NCBI GenBank assembly: GCA_002811645.1
Contig: PDIP01000003.1
Span: 1-64,000 of the forward strand
Direction of reading: 5' to 3'
Length of the DNA stretch: 64,000 nucleotides
Origin: Corallochytrium limacisporum Hawaii
Lineage: Eukaryota > Protista > Pluriformea
Shown piece after piece: positions 57,722 to 64,000 of the stretch. The notes under the pieces were generated by a model. That model saw only the letters and a list, made by a program, of their open reading frames with translations. It was not told the origin of the DNA and did not search any database. Each line of letters begins with the position of its first letter. The stretch's first letter is position 1. Both the position numbers and the translations under genes were made by a program.

Positions 57722-60700
57722 TTACTTCCAGACCTTGTCCACAAAGGACCGGCATTGATCGACAAGGGTTTTCAGTGCGGTGCTGTCCACTGACGGGTAG
57801 TTCTGCCGGCTCAAGAAACCAACAGCAATGCGTTGCGCTGCGGCCGATTTCTCGCTGTCCGTTGCAGGAACAGTGCCAAATTCCGCGAGCACCTTTACGG
57901 AGGGCTCGAGGCGATCCAGAGCTGACCCGAGCGGGTCACTGTCCTCACTGCTATTGACACTCCCTCTCTTCATGCCGAGTAGTGGCAAAACAGCATCAAG
58001 GATGGTGTCCCACCGGGGCCGAGGGACCGTTCTGACAGCGAGACCGTCCTTCGATGCGAGCCTGAAATATGTACTGATCTCTGCTGCGGTGCTGACGGCA
58101 GCTTCGGTCGAGCATGGCTGCGCACTGAGCCAGCGCAGGGTACGGACAAAGCTGCCTGTGTCGCTGAGAGCATAGTGCAGGGAGAGGCCAAGGCGATGGT
58201 CACGCTTATTCAATTGCTCTTCACTGTGGGCCTTCCCGTCAGCCATGCCACCTCCTAAGGCCCCATCACTAGCCGTGCGTCCGATGAACCCCATGACGTC
58301 AGTGTCAAGCCATCCCTTGACATCCAAAGTGCGGCAGAGTACGTCCAAGATGCGCCCATGCCAAGCATGCCGTTTTGGCTCCGGGATGAGGAGATCGGCG
58401 TAGAATCCTTGCCAGAGCCGGCGGTCGGTGAGTACCGGACCAGGGTCCGCGCTGCGGCGCTTGGGGCCCGGACTGAGGCGCAAGCTGGCCTCGACACTGG
58501 CACGGGCGCGGGGATCGTCGAATAGTGTGACCACCGCTGTGTCTCTGTTATTGTCGCCGTTGTCAACGATGTTGGCTGCGAGTTGGCGGTAGAGCTCGAA
58601 ATCAAGTGCGGCGGTTGCACGCTCGAGAACACGCCGCAGCACTGCCGTCGAAGGCACAGAGTGCAGCTTATCGAGGCCATAGCCATAGTTCGAGCGTTGC
58701 AGAGCTGTCAGAACGGAGGCTATGCGACGCCAATCATCACCGAGATTCAACATCGTGCGCAAGGTAGCATTGATGTCGTCGATAAATCGGCGCTTACGGT
58801 GCGTAATGATGCGGTTCCGGTCAATGTCAGGGTCCACAAGGGCTGTGGCAGTGTTTCTGATCTGCTTCGCTCTGTCTCCGTCAGCGTCTGCGTCTGGGTC
58901 ACTGTTCATAACTTGTGCCTGCCACGGTGCGGCCATGCGCGTTTGACTGGCCGCCAACGGTGAAAGGCTGACCGCAGTATCATGTAACAAAGGGGACATG
59001 CTGCGTGACAATTTCGCGCCGCTTCCCTTCAGCCATGCTGCCTCGCCGTTCTGACCGGCTACGGCCAGTCCGCTTGTGATCGTTTCCGCTGCATTGCGCA
59101 GGAGTTGCATTTGCAGTACACTGGCCTCACTGTTGCCGTAACCAGCTGGGGCTATATCAGCTGTGGACGTCTCAGTGAGACAGGCCATGGCCTGTGCCGC
59201 TTCCAATTTCTGTGTGGTTGTCAGTAGCATCCATGTTTGTTCAGTGGGAACTTGGAGAGCTCTTGTAAATAGTGACTCAACTAGATCGACAAAATCCTCG
59301 TCATTGACAAAATCATCCTTCTCCATCTTTGCAGGTGTTGCTGCTGCTGCTTCTTTCCCCTTTATGTGCTGTCCATTGCGCAGTCCATCTATCTGCGCTT
59401 GCCATCGGGCCAAAACGCGCACCTCTGCCGGTGAATCCGCTAGGCGAAGCATGCAATTGACCATGCGCGTGTCGAAAGACAGCTGTCCTGTGCCGATCAA
59501 TCCCTTGATCGAGTCGAGCAGTGGCTGTATGGCGACCTTTCGGCTGCCGTTCATGGTGGCTGACGCGGGGTTGCCGAGACTCTCACCTCCTTCGCGAAGA
59601 GCATTCTGTTTCCGTCGTCTACGTAGACCCTGCCGAAGTGAAACCCGGCTGGCTACCTCAAAAAGTGCAAGCTGGTCTCGAGGCCTGAGCTCTATATGCG
59701 CAACGTCTGTCAACTTCATGATACGTTCAACGCTGACTGCACCTGAGTGCAGAGCGGTAGAGGCTAGAGCAACCCAAGTAGACCGAAGAGCATGAGCTAA
59801 CTCGGTGGTCAGCAAGGCAGCAGGGATGCCGGTTGTTCTTGTGTTGTCCACAACGCGGTCCTTTACAAGTGCCTCGGTTCGAGCCATGGCCTGGGCCACA
59901 TCACTCAACAGTTCGTCGGTCAGCCCTCGCACAGCGCTGTGCTCCCGGAATATCCCTAGCAATCCTTTGCGCAGGCCAAGGAGTCCCACATTCGGCATCT
60001 GAGCACTCAGATCAAGAAGCACCGCGGCCAAAAGGTCTGCTTGCAGCGCAGGGTCTCGAGAGATATCCCCAAAGCTGAGCAAGCGGCTGACCATGCCCCA
60101 CACTGCACCGTTGGTACGCACCCAGAGCTGGTCAGCACCTTTGCCCGGCTCTTTGACACTCTTAGAATTGGCTGCTTGAACAACCGCTCTGTCAACCATT
60201 GCCGTCAGTCTCTGTGCAAGGTCTCCATGAAGTTTTCGCAGTGTTACAGCGAAAGCAACGTTTGCCGCATTGTCAATCTCTCCCACCTGCAGTGGCACTC
60301 GCTTTTCCTTGTCCATCGTGGGTTGAAGCGATTGATAAAACGCTTCCATGTCTGCGTTTAGAGTCTTCAGCACCTCAAGTTCTGCCTGGGATATACCGCT
60401 CGTACCCTTCTTCGAAAAGGACAGTCCTTGGTGTCCATAGCGCACACCAGTGTATGTCCGAATGTGGTCTAGTAATGTGCTATCTTTGATGCGTTGTTTG
60501 GCCGCCTGCTGCTCTTCTGCTGTTTGTGTCGCTACACCATTTTCCGTGGCTTTCTTGGCATCGCCCACCACAATGTTGAAAGCTTGTTGTTGTTGCCTCT
60601 CCCAGTCCCGCTGGCTTAGACGCTCACGCTGCCGCAAGTGACTCGCCACCACCTGTCGACGGCGGTTGTAAAAGGTCTTGACCGCCTTCTCGTGTTGCGA

Positions 60701-60994
60701 GAGACTTAGCTTTTGATCCGTGGGGCGAAGCTGTTGGAGTCGGGGTTCCCAGAAAGCGCTCAGGCCCGATCCTTCCTCCCCGTAGCTAACTACATACGGT
60801 TTCCATGCCTTCAACACTGGCTGCTGCTTCGCATGGTTGGGCGGCTGATCTCTCCGTGATGTTCCCCGCTTCGATTTACCTCCGCCGCCTATCCCTTTCG
60901 ATGACGGCGTAGTGCTCGCAGAGCGCGTGGTAGTGCATGAAACTGCAGATACCCCATGCCGTGAGTGGGCCCGGACCTGCCGCAAAGCCCACAT
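57722..60994 (-). CDS. Large alpha-helical hypothetical protein, about 1090 aa, probable mitochondrial presequence, possibly PPR-like
   Basis: Long ORF; first ATG 60994 gives MWALRQVRAHSRHG (R/S-rich, no acidic residues); weak PPR-like segments FDTRMVNCMLRLA, PSTAVLRRVLERA. Confidence 0.75.
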   Translation of the reverse strand: MWALRQVRAHSRHGVSAVSCTTTRSASTTPSSKGIGGGGKSKRGTSRRDQPPNHAKQQPVLKAWKPYVVSYGEEGSGLSAFWEPRLQQLRPTDQKLSLSQHEKAVKTFYNRRRQVVASHLRQRERLSQRDWERQQQQAFNIVVGDAKKATENGVATQTAEEQQAAKQRIKDSTLLDHIRTYTGVRYGHQGLSFSKKGTSGISQAELEVLKTLNADMEAFYQSLQPTMDKEKRVPLQVGEIDNAANVAFAVTLRKLHGDLAQRLTAMVDRAVVQAANSKSVKEPGKGADQLWVRTNGAVWGMVSRLLSFGDISRDPALQADLLAAVLLDLSAQMPNVGLLGLRKGLLGIFREHSAVRGLTDELLSDVAQAMARTEALVKDRVVDNTRTTGIPAALLTTELAHALRSTWVALASTALHSGAVSVERIMKLTDVAHIELRPRDQLALFEVASRVSLRQGLRRRRKQNALREGGESLGNPASATMNGSRKVAIQPLLDSIKGLIGTGQLSFDTRMVNCMLRLADSPAEVRVLARWQAQIDGLRNGQHIKGKEAAAATPAKMEKDDFVNDEDFVDLVESLFTRALQVPTEQTWMLLTTTQKLEAAQAMACLTETSTADIAPAGYGNSEASVLQMQLLRNAAETITSGLAVAGQNGEAAWLKGSGAKLSRSMSPLLHDTAVSLSPLAASQTRMAAPWQAQVMNSDPDADADGDRAKQIRNTATALVDPDIDRNRIITHRKRRFIDDINATLRTMLNLGDDWRRIASVLTALQRSNYGYGLDKLHSVPSTAVLRRVLERATAALDFELYRQLAANIVDNGDNNRDTAVVTLFDDPRARASVEASLRLSPGPKRRSADPGPVLTDRRLWQGFYADLLIPEPKRHAWHGRILDVLCRTLDVKGWLDTDVMGFIGRTASDGALGGGMADGKAHSEEQLNKRDHRLGLSLHYALSDTGSFVRTLRWLSAQPCSTEAAVSTAAEISTYFRLASKDGLAVRTVPRPRWDTILDAVLPLLGMKRGSVNSSEDSDPLGSALDRLEPSVKVLAEFGTVPATDSEKSAAAQRIAVGFLSRQNYPSVDSTALKTLVDQCRSFVDKVWK

Positions 60995-61853
60995 TTCGTG
61001 TTCGTACAAGGATATTGAGTGTAGCGCTTGATCCTAGGGACGTGCAGTATGCAGCTTTGCGCACATAATTTATCAGCTATGTCATCTTGGTCGTCTATGA
61101 ACGTTACAGAATGACCCCCATACCGTAATCCTATATCTTCCTTCCCATTCGTGGCTGCCCCTCCGTTTTGTTTGTTGGGAGGTCTCATGTGATCGAAAGC
61201 CGTCCAGAAACTCATTCGTCCACGTCCGAAAGAAGTTCACTGACAAATACCCTTTCCTCTGTGCAACATATCTGTCCCAGATACAGAGAATGACTTGCAA
61301 AACAAACAAACAACATCCTAACGATGAGAAAGCAGACTGATCGATCGCCATGGCCCGTTGCGCTGGGTGTCACCAAAGGCACCTTTCCGCGCGGTCTCAC
61401 GGCACACCCTCCTCCGGCACGCGGGACGGACCAAGTGCTCAGGCCCCACACACCAAACGATCGGAGGAGAGTGGGGGGCCGACGAGGCGGGAGGGAGGCA
61501 AAAAGAAAGGGGGGTGGGGAGAGGGGGTGAAGCTGGGCCTACCTTTCGCTCCTTCCCTTCCCTCTCCCCTCCTTACGCCCCAGACGTGGCCCCAGTGCCG
61601 GTGCCGGTCCCGCCTCTTCCCCTACGGTAAGAAGCGGCTGCATCCTTGTGAGGATGTTTTGTTGGTTCTGGTTTCCAAGCTTCTGTTTGGGCCTAGCTAT
61701 TTCAAGACTAGTTAATTTTGGCAATGGACGGAGTGAGCCAAAATCGTTGCGGAAGGTGATGGTCTTCAAACGTAGGATTCTTTTGACAAACATGGCGTAA
61801 GGAATCGTTTGTGGAAACCATCCCAGTGTACATACAATCGGAGAGCATACACA

Positions 61854-63017
61854 ATGGCAAATGACCCTTCGGGCACGGAAGCGGTTGAAGGGGCCACCGA
61901 ACATAAGCCCATGTCTGCGGCACGGCGGCGTGCCGAGGCGCGCAGGGCGAAGATTCTCGCTCAAGGGGAGCAGAGAATGGCGTACGTAACCACCGGTAAG
62001 CCGAAGCAAGAACCACAAGTGGAGCAGCAGCAGCCCGAAGATACTGATGATCAGGGTGTGCCAACGGAACGGAAGCAAATAGAGGAAGAAGAGAGGGAAT
62101 TAACGGCCAATCGAGCAACAGCGGGAGAGAGCACCACGGAGACAGCCACAAATTCGGGCTCAGCAATTCCAGAGCCAGAGCCAAGGCCAGCGGTTGAATC
62201 TACTGATTCGAGCGCAAGTGCGAGTGTCATAGGTCAGAGGAAGAGTCGGGCAGAGAAGGGTTCCAGCACCACCATGCCGCGCCGCAGGGCCGGCAACCGA
62301 CGCACCGTTGAGGATCTCGAGCGAAAGCAAGCAGAGGGATTGGACGCAGGAGACGAAAGAGCCGGAGTAATGGGAGTCGTTAAGCTGCTCATGTCGCAGG
62401 TGGGCATGGGGGGAGATGATGCGTCGAAGGCCAAATCCAACATCCCGACACTGACTCCGTCGTCGGCATTGTCTGGAACTCTTAGTGTGGGACTGGGACT
62501 GGTGCTCTCACTGCACCAGATCAACCACCTCTCAGAGGCATCTGAGAAATCGACTGCATCAGCGTCCTACCTCTCAGCACCGGAGTCCTTATACTGTCAT
62601 CTATGGCGTGGTGACCACATTGTCGCGGAACACTCCGTTAATGCAGAATCCTTATCCACGGTCTTTGCTTCGGATCGGACCTTGACCGTCCCCATTGGAA
62701 TTGGTGGTCAGTCGCCTGTGCTTGTGTTTACACTGCTCATGCTCATGATCTACGCGATGGTAAGCGGCGTTGGATTTGCGACGGTCTTGGCACTGTTCAG
62801 TCCAAACAGTGACCTCATGTCCCGTGCTGGTGCGGGTATGACACTGTTCAAACCACTCTTTGGTATCCGTAGAGACCTTGGCCTATTCTTGCTGGGCCTA
62901 TGTGGACCGTTACTGATGCTGGCCAGTTCAATGTGGCACCCAATGCTGACCTGTCATGACCTCGACGCCACTGTAGGTGGTCATGTCAATGCGGACGACG
63001 AGGACTTCTTTGGATAG
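61854..63017 (+). CDS. GET2/CAML-like tail-anchored protein insertion receptor, about 387 aa
   Basis: N-terminal ARRRAEARRAKILAQGEQRMAYVT (Get3/TRC40-binding motif), disordered linker, three C-terminal hydrophobic segments; first ATG 61854. Confidence 0.75.
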   Translation: MANDPSGTEAVEGATEHKPMSAARRRAEARRAKILAQGEQRMAYVTTGKPKQEPQVEQQQPEDTDDQGVPTERKQIEEEERELTANRATAGESTTETATNSGSAIPEPEPRPAVESTDSSASASVIGQRKSRAEKGSSTTMPRRRAGNRRTVEDLERKQAEGLDAGDERAGVMGVVKLLMSQVGMGGDDASKAKSNIPTLTPSSALSGTLSVGLGLVLSLHQINHLSEASEKSTASASYLSAPESLYCHLWRGDHIVAEHSVNAESLSTVFASDRTLTVPIGIGGQSPVLVFTLLMLMIYAMVSGVGFATVLALFSPNSDLMSRAGAGMTLFKPLFGIRRDLGLFLLGLCGPLLMLASSMWHPMLTCHDLDATVGGHVNADDEDFFG

Positions 63018-63272
63018 TAGATACCATGGCACTAGGACTCCTCATATGTACTTAAAAGAGAGAGTTTTCTAGAGGGGTTTTGGTTTGAAGAACACAATTT
63101 GGTTTTATTAGAATTTGGAAGTTTTCTTCCTTTTATCTTCGCCGAAGATTTATATGGCAAAGGAGTAGATGATGTGTTGAAGATTTTGGTATGTGCGATT
63201 TTGTGCGTTGTTTGTGTAGTTCTACTAAAACAACAGATAGATGATACAAGACGCATGAAGGTCTGGACAGCT

Positions 63273-63545
63273 TTACTCCTGCTGACCAGAACCATTCCAC
63301 AGTCCCTGTATCATTGCCGTGACATCGTCTGGGTTTTCACTGACATAGACTGCGACCGCCCCTATGAGCAGTGCTGTGGTCAGGCCAAGAATTCCAGCCA
63401 ACGGTGAGGCCTTTGCTTTCTTCTTAGTCTTGTCTGCGGTCCGGGTGACATTCTTCGTTGATACAGTTGCAGACAATACTGACGGCCGAGCGTGCTCGTG
63501 TTCATCATCATTGTCACTATGAATCTGATCACTACCACCGGTCAG
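63273..63545 (-). CDS. Putative in-frame C-terminal extension of HSP110 (90 aa, tail anchor) reached by UGA readthrough
   Basis: TGA CTG ACC... open for 90 codons to TAA 63273-63275; KTKKKAKA, then TM LAGILGLTTALLIGAVAVYV, then 22-aa tail; no in-frame ATG before the TM. Confidence 0.6.
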   Translation of the reverse strand: MTGGSDQIHSDNDDEHEHARPSVLSATVSTKNVTRTADKTKKKAKASPLAGILGLTTALLIGAVAVYVSENPDDVTAMIQGLWNGSGQQE

Positions 63546-64000
63546 TCACTCCTGATCCACTTCCATCTCGGGCTTCGCGGCAGAGTCACCGTTGCCCTGT
63601 GACTCGTCTTCACCCTCCTTAGCAGAGTCCTCTTCCTTCTTCTCCTCCTTCGGAGGAGCCGGCTTGGGCTTGTTGACGATGGGCCGACAAGTGCGGTCAA
63701 CGGTCTCCATGTTGGCCCTGACCTCAGCGGCACGGACCACAGGGTCATCGTGCTGTGCCTTGCTGCTCTGCTCTTTGGCCTTGCCCTCTAACCAATTGGC
63801 CTTTTCGGTGAGGATATCCTCGACTTTCTTCACATCCTCCTCGGCAATATGGGCATACCGCTCGTCACCCTGGCGGTAGTGATCCACAAACTTGCGGTAC
63901 TCAAAGAGGGTTTTGCGCATGGCCTCAAATGCCTTGGGAAGTTCAGCGTGCTCGTGGGCCCGGGCTTTGATCTTCTCCCCAACTGCACGCATTTCATTCA
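63546..64000 (-). CDS. HSP110/HSPA4/Sse1 family chaperone, C-terminal part (continues beyond window)
   Basis: VGEKIKARAHEHAELPKA, GDERYAHIAEEDVKKV, DDPVV..CRPIVNKPKP, ending EMEVDQE. Confidence 0.9.
   Translation of the reverse strand, partial: NEMRAVGEKIKARAHEHAELPKAFEAMRKTLFEYRKFVDHYRQGDERYAHIAEEDVKKVEDILTEKANWLEGKAKEQSSKAQHDDPVVRAAEVRANMETVDRTCRPIVNKPKPAPPKEEKKEEDSAKEGEDESQGNGDSAAKPEMEVDQE

Noticed and set aside
61854-63545. Functional linkage between GET2/CAML and the adjacent tail-anchored HSP110 extension
   Set aside because: Convergent neighbours in a eukaryote; adjacency alone is not evidence.
1-64000. tRNA, rRNA, snRNA, CRISPR arrays and transposon ORFs
   Set aside because: No cloverleaf, snRNA or rRNA signature, repeat-spacer array, or transposase/RT motif recognised by eye; Infernal and tRNAscan were not run.

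Overview
Gene-dense eukaryotic DNA, apparently starting at or near a chromosome end ((CCCTAA)n-type repeats at 1-13 and degenerate copies at about 350-390). It holds about 20 protein genes, almost all readable as single uninterrupted ORFs up to 4.9 kb. Intron poverty plus gene content (NEDD1, LIN-9, KLHDC10-like, ACAD8, SUCLG2, CAML/GET2, Nrc-2/Fpk1-type DFD kinase) suggests an intron-poor unicellular opisthokont, possibly Corallochytrium-like (inference only). The first 8 kb carry bacterial-looking accessory genes (PcpC-like GST, AztD-like propeller, CmcJ/NvfI dioxygenase). Features the ORF track does not show: (1) the HSP110 stop is a leaky UGA-C followed in frame by a 90-codon extension with a basic patch, one TM helix and a short tail, suggesting a readthrough tail-anchored HSP110; (2) a bZIP gene has a twin-hairpin IRE1 site whose 20-nt intron removes a hydrophobic C-terminus; (3) a decayed pseudogene of the flagellar radial-spoke gene IQUB; (4) a frame-split KLHDC10-like gene; (5) a recurrent intergenic poly-C/poly-G palindrome; (6) a DEP-DCN1 fusion and a probable CENP-M. 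All family calls come from motif recognition by eye, not database searches.
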